Origin: Burkholderiales bacterium
GTDB lineage: Bacteria > Pseudomonadota > Gammaproteobacteria > Burkholderiales > SG8-39
Assembly: GCA_035273665.1 (NCBI GenBank)
Contig: DATEOW010000128.1
Location: 4,609-68,608, forward strand
Direction of reading: 5' to 3'
DNA: 64,000 nt
Shown here: positions 36,382 to 45,177 of the stretch, one piece after another
Layout: every line of letters begins with the position of its first letter
How positions within the stretch are numbered: the stretch's first letter is position 1
Made by a program: the position numbers and the translations under genes
Notes under the pieces: model-generated
The model's database searches: none
What the model was told of the DNA's origin: nothing
The model's input: the letters and a program-made list of their open reading frames with translations, nothing else

Positions 36382-37773
36382 ATGCGTGACAGGGGACATC
36401 GCGGAGCGTTTAAAAAATCCAAATGGGCCTTAAGCGTTTCGCTTCTATGGTTGGGCGCCTGCAGTTTGCCGCCCATCCCGGAGACGGTCGCGGCCGCCCC
36501 CTCATCGGCGAATACCATACCGGTCGTACGCGATGCGAGCGGCATTCTCTCCGTTGAACAAGCTAAACGGGTTTATGCGTCGCTCGCACGCGAAGGCGAT
36601 ACCGATCTTTTACGTCGTCATTTGCGTTCCGCGGAGGGCAGCGAGGCCAGCCCCCTAGTCGTCGGGAACTCGGCGAAACTACTGATCGACGGGCCGGCTA
36701 CTCACAACGCGATGTTCGCAGCGATCGCCGCGGCTCGCGATCATGTGAATTTGCAAAGCTATATCGTTTCGGATGACGAGGCGGGCGCACGTTTAGTGAA
36801 GGCCTTAAGCGCGAAGCGTGCGCAGGGCGTGAAGGTGAATCTGCTTTATGACAGCGTCGGGTCGATGGACACCCCGAAAGAGTATTTCGAAAGCCTTAGA
36901 CAACAAGGCATCTCGGTTTGCGAGTTCAATCCGGTCAATCCCCTCAAGGCCAAAGGCGATTGGCAGATCAACAATCGCAATCATCGAAAGATATTGGTGG
37001 TCGATGGTCGCGTCGCCTTCACAGGCGGAATCAATATCAGCGGCGTTTATTCCGCCGGCTCTGCCGGCAGTGGGCGCAAGACCGCAGAAGAAGGCTGGCG
37101 CGATACGCATATCCGCATTGCCGGTCCGATCGCGGCTGAAGCGCAAAAATTGTTTGAGGCGGATTGGGCGCGTTATTGCGGCGCCATGGAAAAGGCCGCT
37201 TATTTTCCCAAGGTTGAACCCGCCGGTTCACTGGTCATGCGCATGACCGGCGGCGTCCCGAATCAGGGCAATGAAATCTATGGCGCATTGTTATCGGCCG
37301 TCGAGCACGCCGAGCGTAGTGTTCATCTCACCTATGGATATTTTGTTCCAGATCCACGTACGGTAGATACCTTGAAAGCCGCTGCGGCGCGCGGTGTCGA
37401 TGTGGTCCTGATGCTGCCCGGGTTCAGCGATTTCTGGGCGCCTTTATATGCAGGCCGTTCGTACTACGATGACTTGTTGGCAGCAGGCATCAAGATATAC
37501 GAACGACCCGATGCATTGCTGCATGCGAAAACCGCTGTAGTCGATGGCGTATGGTCTTCCATCGGATCAACGAATTTAGATTGGCGAAGTCTTGTGCACA
37601 ACTATGAAGCTGATGTCATCGTTTACGGCGATGAGTTCGGTGGACGCATGGAAGAACTATTCAGTAACGATTTGAATGTCTCGCGTCAGATCACACTTGA
37701 TCAATGGCGCGATCGTGGCGCGGTCAGTCGTTTCAAAGAATGGTTTGCCCGACGCTGGGGTTATCTCTTGTAG
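36382..37773 (+). CDS. Phospholipase D / cardiolipin synthase family lipoprotein (ClsB-like)
   Basis: Lipobox LWLGAC. Two HKD motifs (HRKILVVDGRVAFTGGINI and HAKTAVVDGVWSSIGSTNLD). Confidence 0.85.
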   Translation: MRDRGHRGAFKKSKWALSVSLLWLGACSLPPIPETVAAAPSSANTIPVVRDASGILSVEQAKRVYASLAREGDTDLLRRHLRSAEGSEASPLVVGNSAKLLIDGPATHNAMFAAIAAARDHVNLQSYIVSDDEAGARLVKALSAKRAQGVKVNLLYDSVGSMDTPKEYFESLRQQGISVCEFNPVNPLKAKGDWQINNRNHRKILVVDGRVAFTGGINISGVYSAGSAGSGRKTAEEGWRDTHIRIAGPIAAEAQKLFEADWARYCGAMEKAAYFPKVEPAGSLVMRMTGGVPNQGNEIYGALLSAVEHAERSVHLTYGYFVPDPRTVDTLKAAAARGVDVVLMLPGFSDFWAPLYAGRSYYDDLLAAGIKIYERPDALLHAKTAVVDGVWSSIGSTNLDWRSLVHNYEADVIVYGDEFGGRMEELFSNDLNVSRQITLDQWRDRGAVSRFKEWFARRWGYLL

Positions 37774-37800
37774 GCGATATGACCCGCTACATGCGAAGCG

Positions 37801-37816
37801 GGGCACGGGCTTTGCA
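37801..37816 (+). promoter_or_regulatory. sigma54 -24/-12 promoter (OsmB-like lipoprotein gene)
   Basis: gGGCACgggctTTGCA. -12 is about 38 nt upstream of the ATG at 37853. Confidence 0.75.
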
Positions 37817-37852
37817 GTACCTAAGGTGCAAACACACTATTAGGAGATAGTC

Positions 37853-38071
37853 ATGCGAAAGACTTTATTTGTCACGGTGTTGCTTGTTGGCGGCTTGAGC
37901 GGTTGCAGTACTTGGGACAATTTGTCGAGCCGTGAGAAGAGCGCCGCGATTGGTGCGGGCGTGGGCGGCGTAGCAGGCGCAGCTGTCACCAACGGAAGCG
38001 TGCTTGGAACCGCAGGTGGTGCCGCTGTAGGCGGTATCGTCGGTAACGAAGTGGGCAAGCGTCGCGACTAA
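37853..38071 (+). CDS. Glycine-zipper lipoprotein (OsmB-like)
   Basis: 72 aa. Lipobox GGLSGC. Gly-zipper GAGVGGVAGAAV...GGAAVGGIVG. Confidence 0.8.
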   Translation: MRKTLFVTVLLVGGLSGCSTWDNLSSREKSAAIGAGVGGVAGAAVTNGSVLGTAGGAAVGGIVGNEVGKRRD

Positions 38072-38085
38072 GCAACAGGTCGGGC

Positions 38086-38119
38086 AAAAAAACGGCGCCG
38101 AATGGCGCCGTTTTTTTTT
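38086..38119. terminator. Bidirectional intrinsic terminator between convergent genes
   Basis: AAAAAAACGGCGCC-gaat-GGCGCCGTTTTTTTTT, with an A-run on one side and a T-run on the other. Confidence 0.85.
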
Positions 38120-38131
38120 GGTCTCGCCGTT

Positions 38132-38482
38132 TTACTTGTACAGCCCTTCCGCGCGAGCAGCGTGAGTTTCGCGCTCACAGTTGCGCCGTTCCTCTGCCAT
38201 CAAGCTTCGGCATAGCGCTAAGTCCGACTTGAATTCGGCAGCCGCTTCGGCCTTGCTGCGCGGCGGCATCGAGGTTGGGACCGGGGTGTCTGTCCTACGC
38301 GTCTGGGAAGTCGAGGCGCCTATGGACCCGGACATCTGGCCGCTCGAAGGGGTGGCCGATTGCGTCGTCGAAGCGCCTACGGAACCGGAGGTTTGTGACG
38401 AGCTTGCTGGGGTCGGTAAATTTTCCGCGTTTGCGAGGCCTGTTGCGAGCAGTAAGGACAAGGCGGCGAGGGGTGCTCTCAT
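38132..38482 (-). CDS. Secreted Ser/Thr-rich hypothetical protein
   Basis: Signal peptide (...GLANA), an S/T/Q-rich disordered middle, and a C-terminal helix with two Cys. AGGAGA RBS. Confidence 0.55.
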   Translation of the reverse strand: MRAPLAALSLLLATGLANAENLPTPASSSQTSGSVGASTTQSATPSSGQMSGSIGASTSQTRRTDTPVPTSMPPRSKAEAAAEFKSDLALCRSLMAEERRNCERETHAARAEGLYK

Positions 38483-38517
38483 GGCGATTTCTCCTGTGTG
38501 TTAAGGCCCTTGCGTCA

Positions 38518-38533
38518 AGCAGCCGGCATGCCG
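38518..38533 (-). promoter_or_regulatory. sigma54 -24/-12 promoter (secreted S/T-rich protein gene)
   Basis: Minus strand cGGCATgccggCTGCT. -12 is about 37 nt upstream of the ATG at 38482. Back-to-back with the rpoN promoter. Confidence 0.5.
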
Positions 38534-38541
38534 ATGCAAAC

Positions 38542-38557
38542 TGGCATAGGTCTTGCG
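38542..38557 (+). promoter_or_regulatory. sigma54 -24/-12 promoter upstream of rpoN itself
   Basis: TGGCATaggtcTTGCG. -12 is about 74 nt upstream of the rpoN ATG at 38630. Confidence 0.75.
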
Positions 38558-38585
38558 AACCCTCGCGCATTGGTTGTGATGCGTG

Positions 38586-38608
38586 CCTTTTGCGCGCAAC
38601 GCAAAAGG
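38586..38608 (+). other. 9-bp stem hairpin in the rpoN 5' UTR
   Basis: CCTTTTGCG-cgcaa-CGCAAAAGG, with no U-tract, 21 nt upstream of the rpoN ATG at 38630 and 12 nt upstream of its GGAGGG RBS. Confidence 0.6.
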
Positions 38609-38629
38609 GTTCCGAACTTTGGAGGGAAT

Positions 38630-40096
38630 ATGGCTATTGCACTAGAAATGAGGCAAAAACAGCAGCTCGCCCTAACACCGCAGCTGCAACATGCCTTGAA
38701 GCTTCTCCAACTTTCCGCGCTGGAATTCGCGCAGGAAATGGGCGAGGCGATGAACAATAATCCTTTCATTGAGGAAGTCCCTCAAACCAAGACGGCGACC
38801 GCGGAAGTGCCGTTAGGCGTCCCTTCCGCCCCTGCGGCTGAAGTGCCGGTTGAGAGCGTTGTTTCACCGAGCGGCGCGACCACCGACATGGAAGGCGATC
38901 ACGATGGCGAAGAGCGCCTGGGCTACGAGTCCGCAACCTTTTCCAGCAACGGTTCCAGCGACGGCGACGGCGATTGGACGGACTGGAGTGAGCCGGAACC
39001 GACGCTACATGCCCACCTGCGCGAACAATTGCTGCTGTCGCAGCTTGGCGAACGCGACCGCGCCTTGGCGCATTTCATTGTCGATGCGCTCGACGACGAT
39101 GGTTATATCAAGCAGGAACTTGATGAGCTCGTAGACATCACACTTTCTGAACACGGTGTCACGGTTGACGATTTGCGCATGGCCCTTAAGTTGGTCCAGA
39201 CCCTGGATCCTCCGGGGATCGGCGCACGCAATTTAGAGGAGTGCCTCATGTTGCAACTCAACAATCACAAGGACAACCCGCGTGTGCACGAGGCTGCGAG
39301 CAAAATCGTGCAGAAACACCTGCAGGTGCTGGGCGCGCATGAGTTAGGCAAGCTGCAACAGCTCGTCGGTTGCGACGAAGACACCTTGCACAATGCGGTC
39401 GCGCTCATCCGCTCCCTCGATCCCAAGCCGGGATTGCGGTTTGGATCCGGCGAAGCGCGTTTCGTCGTGCCTGACGTCATGGTGAACAAGATTCGCGGCA
39501 AGTGGACAGTCACAATGAATCCCGCGGTGATGCCGCGTTTGCGAATCAACCGGAGCTACGCCGAAGCGCTGGCCGGCGGACAAAACAGCTATCTCACTAA
39601 ACAGCTCCACGAAGCGCGTTGGCTCTTGCGCAGCATGGAGCAGCGCTTCGTGACCATCCAGCGTGTTGCAGAAGCAATCGTTTCCCGCCAGAAGCTCTTT
39701 TTTGAATACGGCGAAGTCGCGATGAAGCCGATGGCGCTTAAACATGTCGCCGCGCAATTGGGCGTCCACGAATCCACGGTCTGCCGTGTGACAAATAATA
39801 AGTTCATGGCGACGCCTCGCGGTGTTTTCGAGTTCAAACATTTCTTCTCCCGTACGCTTTCCACGGACGCAGGTGGAGCGGCATCGGCCACGGCGGTGCG
39901 CGCTTTGTTGAAGGAAATGATCAATACGGAAAGTCCGACGCAGCCCTTGTCGGATGCACGCCTAGCGACTTTATTGTCTGAGCAAGGACTGCGGGTCGCC
40001 CGGCGCACCATAACCAAGTACCGCACGTTGATGCGGGTGCCTAGCGTCGAGGTCCGCCGTGCGCTCGGTAAACAAGCCGCCCGTGCCGCGGCCTGA
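38630..40096 (+). CDS. rpoN: RNA polymerase sigma-54 factor (RpoN), non-canonical genomic context
   Basis: ATG after GGAGGG. Region I MRQKQQLALTPQLQHALKLLQLS, an acidic region II, a core-binding region, an HTH, and the RpoN box ARRTITKYR. No lptB, hpf or ptsN neighbours. Confidence 0.92.
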   Translation: MAIALEMRQKQQLALTPQLQHALKLLQLSALEFAQEMGEAMNNNPFIEEVPQTKTATAEVPLGVPSAPAAEVPVESVVSPSGATTDMEGDHDGEERLGYESATFSSNGSSDGDGDWTDWSEPEPTLHAHLREQLLLSQLGERDRALAHFIVDALDDDGYIKQELDELVDITLSEHGVTVDDLRMALKLVQTLDPPGIGARNLEECLMLQLNNHKDNPRVHEAASKIVQKHLQVLGAHELGKLQQLVGCDEDTLHNAVALIRSLDPKPGLRFGSGEARFVVPDVMVNKIRGKWTVTMNPAVMPRLRINRSYAEALAGGQNSYLTKQLHEARWLLRSMEQRFVTIQRVAEAIVSRQKLFFEYGEVAMKPMALKHVAAQLGVHESTVCRVTNNKFMATPRGVFEFKHFFSRTLSTDAGGAASATAVRALLKEMINTESPTQPLSDARLATLLSEQGLRVARRTITKYRTLMRVPSVEVRRALGKQAARAAA

Positions 40097-40107
40097 AAGG
40101 AAAAAAC

Positions 40108-40701
40108 ATGTCTCAAATCGTTGCAGGTTGGTTTTCCACGCATGACCAAGCCGAGGAAGCGATGGCTGCGCTTGCTCGCGCCGGGTTTGTCGCCAGTGAA
40201 TACGAGTCCTTTTATCTCGCGCCGCCCGGACAACACGGCAGCGTTCCTTTTGGAGACGAAGTTCACCACGACGAAGGCGCCAGCGAAGTAGGCGGTGGAG
40301 CAGTCAAAGGTGCAGCTGTAGGCGGTGTCCTCGGCCTCGCAGCGGGTGCGGCCGTCGCGGCCGCAACCGCGCCTTTAGGTCCGGCCGCTGTCGTCGCGGG
40401 GGCCGGCATCGGTGCCTACGTGGGTTCGCTCGCAGGCGCTGTGAACAAAACCCATGACGGTGAGTTAGAGGAAGCAAGCGTTGAGGAGCCGGTCGAAAGA
40501 CCCGCCGGCGCACTCGTCGCAGTCTGTGTAGACCGCGGCGGCAGCGAGGCGCAGGCCATTGCCACGTTGCGCGCACAGGGCGCAGGCGGCGTCGAGAAAG
40601 CAGAAGGTGAATGGCGCGACGGACATTGGCAGGACTTCGATGCACGTGTGCCGCCGCATGTCTTGGGTGGAGGCGATCTGCCGCGCCCGGGTGCGTATTA
40701 A
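40108..40701 (+). CDS. Gly/Ala-rich stress protein with YflT/GSP17M-like N-terminal domain (hypothetical)
   Basis: The N-terminus IVAGWFSTHDQAEEAMAALARAGF resembles the general-stress-protein-17M fold. Starts 11 nt after the rpoN stop, so it is probably co-transcribed. Confidence 0.4.
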   Translation: MSQIVAGWFSTHDQAEEAMAALARAGFVASEYESFYLAPPGQHGSVPFGDEVHHDEGASEVGGGAVKGAAVGGVLGLAAGAAVAAATAPLGPAAVVAGAGIGAYVGSLAGAVNKTHDGELEEASVEEPVERPAGALVAVCVDRGGSEAQAIATLRAQGAGGVEKAEGEWRDGHWQDFDARVPPHVLGGGDLPRPGAY

Positions 40702-40721
40702 GCAGCTTACCGATCCTAAAC

Positions 40722-40750
40722 AAAAGGGCGGCATTGCCGCCCTTTTTCTT
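40722..40750. terminator. Bidirectional intrinsic terminator
   Basis: AAAAGGGCGGC-att-GCCGCCCTTTTT between convergent genes. Confidence 0.8.
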
Positions 40751-40774
40751 GCTGATGCGCGGCGCCGGAGGTGT

Positions 40775-41242
40775 TCAGGCCCAGTAAGGTTGCGTGCCGT
40801 AGTAACTGTAAACGCTCTGCGCCCAACTGCTATCGGCCATGCTCGGCCAACTATCCTTATCGAAGCCGGGTGCGTTCTCGAGCCGTTCCTTGTCGATATC
40901 CAGGACGAAGCACTCGCGTTCGACGTCAAGCGTCAACGCATTCCACGGAATCGCAAATAGCTTGTCCCCCATTCCCAATAGTCCGCCCGAAGCAAGCACG
41001 GCATACGCAATTTTCCCCGCGCTGACGTCGAGCATGATTTCGTCGATGCTTCCCAGCTTCTCGCCGGCGCTATTGACGACCTCATCGCCCTCGAGCGTGC
41101 TGGCGGCCATGATCCGCGGACCAGGCCCGGCGTCGAGACGATCTTCGTCGTCGATACCGACGATGCGTGCACCTGCACCGCTACCCGATCCCAAGGTCAG
41201 GGTGGAATCGCTATTGGGATCGTTCTGGAATTGAATGGCCAT
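40775..41242 (-). CDS. PRC-barrel domain protein
   Basis: VVNSAGEKLGSIDEIMLDVSAGKIAYAVL...FAIPWNAL...ERLENAPGFD. Confidence 0.8.
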   Translation of the reverse strand: MAIQFQNDPNSDSTLTLGSGSGAGARIVGIDDEDRLDAGPGPRIMAASTLEGDEVVNSAGEKLGSIDEIMLDVSAGKIAYAVLASGGLLGMGDKLFAIPWNALTLDVERECFVLDIDKERLENAPGFDKDSWPSMADSSWAQSVYSYYGTQPYWA

Positions 41243-41281
41243 AATGAACTCCTATCTCTGTTGAATTTAGTTCCGAAGGTC

Positions 41282-41779
41282 TCAGCGAGGAGTGAGGCCG
41301 ATCCGATTGCCTTCATAACGCTGGCCGTAATAGGCGTGCACATCGTTATTCCACTGTGCATTGGCCATATCGGGCCATCGGTCGACGTCGAAGGCCGGTG
41401 CGCTTTTTAACCTTTCCCGATCGACATCCAGGACGAAGTTGTTCTTTGTTGTGTCCAGCTTCAAGGCTTTCCAAGGCACAGCGAATAATTTATCGCCCAT
41501 TCCCATCACGCCCCCGAACGAAATGACCGCATAGGAAATGTCACCGCTGCCAGGATCCAAAACCAACTCTTTGATATCGCCCAAGTCTTCGCCTTGGCGA
41601 TTCAAGACATCGGTGCCGATAATCTTGCTGGCACGATGGGTTCGCTCCCAAAGCTCCTTTGTGCCGGAAACGTTGCGGGTATCGCTTAAGAGCGACGGTC
41701 TGGTTTCCGCTCTTACGGCCAGGGCGCCTAAGGAAAGACCCAGTGCGGTGCTCAGCATCAGCGCTTGATGGGGTGTCAT
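41282..41779 (-). CDS. Secreted PRC-barrel domain protein
   Basis: Start MTPHQALM after GGAG, with a signal peptide. VLNRQGEDLGDIKELVLDPGSGDISYAVI...FAVPWKAL. The ORF-track start at 41923 runs through the promoter. Confidence 0.8.
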   Translation of the reverse strand: MTPHQALMLSTALGLSLGALAVRAETRPSLLSDTRNVSGTKELWERTHRASKIIGTDVLNRQGEDLGDIKELVLDPGSGDISYAVISFGGVMGMGDKLFAVPWKALKLDTTKNNFVLDVDRERLKSAPAFDVDRWPDMANAQWNNDVHAYYGQRYEGNRIGLTPR

Positions 41780-41850
41780 ACGACTCCTCTGAAGAGACAA
41801 ATATATGGCCCGCTGTCGTCCGCGACGCGCGCGAGTCCACATGTTGGGCG

Positions 41851-41866
41851 GGCAAGCGCTGTGCCC
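41851..41866 (-). promoter_or_regulatory. sigma54 -24/-12 promoter (PRC-barrel gene pair)
   Basis: Minus strand gGGCACagcgcTTGCc. -12 is about 73 nt upstream of the ATG at 41779. Confidence 0.7.
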
Positions 41867-41889
41867 GTGTGCGCGCCTCGTGACAACGC

Positions 41890-41905
41890 AGGCATGGCGA
41901 GTGCA
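41890..41905 (+). promoter_or_regulatory. sigma54 -24/-12 promoter (PA2169-family...topoisomerase IB operon)
   Basis: aGGCATggcgaGTGCA. -12 is about 54 nt upstream of the ATG at 41958. Back-to-back with 41851-66. Confidence 0.5.
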
Positions 41906-41957
41906 ATAAGTGGTGGACAGCATTTTTTAAAAATAAGCTTTGAAGGAGTGACGGGGA

Positions 41958-42443
41958 ATGAACCGCAAGAACGTGGGCGCAATCCTGGAAGAGTTAAGCA
42001 ACGCATGCCAGGAAAGCCATGATCTTTTTTCGACCTGGGCAGACAAAAGCACTGAGGAGGAAGAGCGTCAGTTGTTGTCCTACCGTGCGAACCGATACGC
42101 TGATAATCAAGACGAACTCGAGCAAATGCGGGAACGCTTTGGCGACATGAGTTGCAACGGCCCGGAGCTACAGGCCTCGCCGGAATCACGCTGGGCCGTC
42201 TTGCGCAAGCGGATCGCCGGCATGGCTAAACGCGACGTATTGCGAGCCTGCGAAGCGCAGGATTCCCGCGTCCTCGTCATGTATCGCGATAGTTTCGAAT
42301 ACGAGTTGCCGGTACCGGTCGCGTTTTGCGTCGCCCGTCAATTCGGTGAACTCATCGATCATCATGCGCGCTTGCAGCGGCTTCAAGCCGCTGCGACGCC
42401 ATCGACGCCCGCCGGCAGATTGGCCCTGAGTGCTCAGGTCTGA
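41958..42443 (+). CDS. PA2169-family (DUF2383) four-helix-bundle protein
   Basis: ILEELSNACQESHDLF... and ...VLRACEAQDSRVLVMYRDSFEYELP...HHARLQRL align with the ferritin-like PA2169-family pattern. Confidence 0.55.
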   Translation: MNRKNVGAILEELSNACQESHDLFSTWADKSTEEEERQLLSYRANRYADNQDELEQMRERFGDMSCNGPELQASPESRWAVLRKRIAGMAKRDVLRACEAQDSRVLVMYRDSFEYELPVPVAFCVARQFGELIDHHARLQRLQAAATPSTPAGRLALSAQV

Positions 42444-42491
42444 CTGCGAGAACGGGTTTTTACGCTTCCGGACAACTTAAGGAGAACAACG

Positions 42492-42698
42492 ATGGATCAA
42501 ACTGAACTGCAACAATCGACATCGAAGGTGAGCGAACAACTGCAAGGTCTGCTGGGAAAAGGTCAGCAATATGCGTCGCAGTTTGGCACGCGTGCGCAAG
42601 AGCAGCTGCGCGAACGACCACTCGTTGCTGTTTTCGGCGCGCTCGCTTTCGGCGTCATCGCCGGCGCTTTACTGGGACGCTATTCCCGCAAGCACTGA
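42492..42698 (+). CDS. ElaB/YqjD/DUF883-like membrane-anchored protein (short)
   Basis: 68 aa. A helical hydrophilic N-terminus plus the C-terminal anchor RPLVAVFGALAFGVIAGALLGR. Confidence 0.6.
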   Translation: MDQTELQQSTSKVSEQLQGLLGKGQQYASQFGTRAQEQLRERPLVAVFGALAFGVIAGALLGRYSRKH

Positions 42699-42724
42699 AG
42701 CAGATTCCACTGAAGGAGATTCTT

Positions 42725-43312
42725 ATGCAAACCCGAAACTTTGCCATCTCCGCGCTGGCGCTGGGGTTATTGGCCTTAAGCGGTTGCGAAAGAAAAGAGG
42801 AAACGGTGGTGACGCCGGCGTCACCACCTCCAGCCACCGCGCCGGCCGCACCGGCGGCGCCCAGCGTCGCGGTGCCGCAGACGGATAGCGATTTCGCCAT
42901 GAAGGCAGCCGCGAGCGGTTTGGCGGAGGTCGAAGCCAGCCGGGCCATTAGCGAAAAAACCGCAAGCGAGCCGATCCGCCAATTCGCGCAAATGATGATC
43001 ACCGATCACACCGCTGCGAATCAAGAACTCATGACGATCGCTCAAACGAAGCAGCTGACGCTCCCAACTGCGCCGGATACGACGCATCAGGAAGCATTGG
43101 GACGTTTGAAAACGGCAATGGGTGCTGAGGGCGATCGAATTTATGTGCAGGAATTTGGGATCAAGGCGCATCAGGATGCAGTTGCGCTATTTGAGCGGGA
43201 AGCCAACGAAGGTACGGATCCCGAATTGAAGGCGTTCGCCGCTAAAACGCTCCCCACCCTTAAAACTCATCTGGAGCATGCACAGCGCACCGCTGACGCC
43301 TTGCCGAAGTAA
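42725..43312 (+). CDS. DUF4142 domain lipoprotein
   Basis: Lipobox LALSGC. DSDFAMKAAASGLAEVEASRAI...MITDHTAANQEL...FAAKTLPTLKTHL. Confidence 0.8.
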   Translation: MQTRNFAISALALGLLALSGCERKEETVVTPASPPPATAPAAPAAPSVAVPQTDSDFAMKAAASGLAEVEASRAISEKTASEPIRQFAQMMITDHTAANQELMTIAQTKQLTLPTAPDTTHQEALGRLKTAMGAEGDRIYVQEFGIKAHQDAVALFEREANEGTDPELKAFAAKTLPTLKTHLEHAQRTADALPK

Positions 43313-43314
43313 AG

Positions 43315-44427
43315 ATGGTCGACCAGGCCCTGGCCGACGCGGGTTTATGCTTTAGCTCGGACAACGATCCGGGTATCCGGCGTAAACGGAGCGGCCGGGG
43401 TTTTTCATACGTGGACGAGAATGGCGTGCGGATCGAGGACGAATCGGTTCTGCAACGCATTCGTTCACTCGCCATTCCACCGGCCTACAAAGAGGTGTGG
43501 ATTTGCACCAAGGCCAATGGTCATCTGCAAGCGACCGGGATCGATGCACGAGGGCGCAAACAATACCGCTATCACCCAGACTGGCGTGCGGTGCGCGATG
43601 CGGATAAATTCGCGCGCCTTTGCGATTTCGGGCGTGCATTGACCCGAATACGCAAGCGCGTCAGTGCAGATCTGAAGCTCCCGGGTTTGGCACGTGACCG
43701 TGTGATCGCGACCGTCGTACGGCTGTTGGATCGCACTTCTATTCGCATCGGCAACGAACAGTACGCACGCGAGAATAAGTCTTACGGCCTCACGACCTTG
43801 CGCACGCGCCATGTCCGCCTGCGCGGAAACCTTATCCAATTTGAGTTCCGGGGCAAGTCAGGCGTACTCCATTCGATTTCAGTGACGGACCCGCTGGCCG
43901 CAGAGGTGGTGAGAGGCTGTCTTGATTTGCCTGGGCAAGAACTTTTTCAATACCTCGACGACACGGGCGCACGACGCACGGTGACGTCTTCGGATGTCAA
44001 CGCCTATTTATGCGCGGCAGGGGGGCAGGATTTCAGTGCAAAGGACTTCCGCACTTGGTATGCGACCATGGATGCGCTGGAGATGCTCAGCGCTTTGCAG
44101 TTCGAGACGCAGCGGGAAGCGAAGGCGCACATTAAGGAAAGTCTTCATCGCATCGCACAACGCCTGGGAAACACGCCGACGATGTGCCGCAAGGCCTACG
44201 TCCATCCGGGAGTGTTGCAGGCTTTTATGGAAGGTCGTTTAAGCAGCGTCGTGCGCGCTGGCCGGCGCAATAAACGGGAACAGCTCTTGCAACTTTTGCA
44301 GGACCTCTCTCGGGGCGCGTCGCGGCTCGCCAAGCAACCAAAAAAAACAAGAAGCTCGGCCCGTCCGGCAGTCCCGAAGGCAAGAGCTTTTAACCTATCG
44401 CAAGTAAAGGAGCAGATATGGCTGTAG
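43315..44427 (+). CDS. DNA topoisomerase IB (poxvirus/eukaryote-like bacterial TopIB)
   Basis: IPPAYKEVWI...ATGIDARGRKQYRYHP, RIGNEQYARENKSYGLTTLR, FRGKSG, FSAKDFRTW, and the catalytic-Tyr motif CRKAYVHP. Confidence 0.85.
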   Translation: MVDQALADAGLCFSSDNDPGIRRKRSGRGFSYVDENGVRIEDESVLQRIRSLAIPPAYKEVWICTKANGHLQATGIDARGRKQYRYHPDWRAVRDADKFARLCDFGRALTRIRKRVSADLKLPGLARDRVIATVVRLLDRTSIRIGNEQYARENKSYGLTTLRTRHVRLRGNLIQFEFRGKSGVLHSISVTDPLAAEVVRGCLDLPGQELFQYLDDTGARRTVTSSDVNAYLCAAGGQDFSAKDFRTWYATMDALEMLSALQFETQREAKAHIKESLHRIAQRLGNTPTMCRKAYVHPGVLQAFMEGRLSSVVRAGRRNKREQLLQLLQDLSRGASRLAKQPKKTRSSARPAVPKARAFNLSQVKEQIWL

Positions 44428-45170
44428 AAATCTCAACTGCGCAACGGCGCATGTTCTTTCAGCCGATTTCCTGGGCGGCGATCTTTGCTGCGCTTGCAGT
44501 CGGCATTGCAGTGCAAATGCTCTTGATGCTTCTTGGGCTGGCCTTTGGCGCGTCTGTTGTCGAGCCCGTTGAAACCAGTGCTCGCGAAGTATCACTGAGC
44601 GCAACGACTTGGAGTACCGGCAGCATGATTATCGCCGCCTTCATCGGCGGATATGTCGCCTCCCGTTCATCGGGTCTCCGGCGAAAGGGTGACGGCATGC
44701 TGCACGGCGCCGTAGCGTGGGCTGCTACGACTTTGTTGTATGCGGTCCTTGCGTCGACAGTCCTCGGCCAAGCAACCGCGGGCGTGTTCGGCGCGCTACG
44801 TCCGCTCGTAGTGAGTTCATTGCCCGCTACCGGCGAGATTGCACAGAGCGCGCAAAGCGGTGAGCAGGCGCGTGCTGAAGTGCAACGTTCGCTAGAATCG
44901 GCCGGACTCACGAGTGAGCAGGCGCTGAACATTGTGGATCAGATGGCCGCCGTGTCGGGTGATCCACAAGCTTCTCCCGAGTCGCAAGCGCGTGCTGAAG
45001 AGGCCGCTGACCGGGTGGGCACCGCGACGGGATGGTTGAGCGCGGCAGTATTACTTTCCCTGTTGGCAGGCGTATTGGGCGGTCTTGTCGGTACAGTTGC
45101 GCAACGCCGCGTCACGACACGACAAGCGGATTATGGGGACGGACGCGTGCTCTCGCGCACAACTATTTAA
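44418..45170 (+). CDS. Integral membrane protein (hypothetical)
   Basis: 250 aa with about 5 TM segments. Overlaps the TopIB stop by 10 nt, so it is the last gene of that operon. Confidence 0.6.
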   Translation: MAVEISTAQRRMFFQPISWAAIFAALAVGIAVQMLLMLLGLAFGASVVEPVETSAREVSLSATTWSTGSMIIAAFIGGYVASRSSGLRRKGDGMLHGAVAWAATTLLYAVLASTVLGQATAGVFGALRPLVVSSLPATGEIAQSAQSGEQARAEVQRSLESAGLTSEQALNIVDQMAAVSGDPQASPESQARAEEAADRVGTATGWLSAAVLLSLLAGVLGGLVGTVAQRRVTTRQADYGDGRVLSRTTI

Positions 45171-45177
45171 GGACAAT

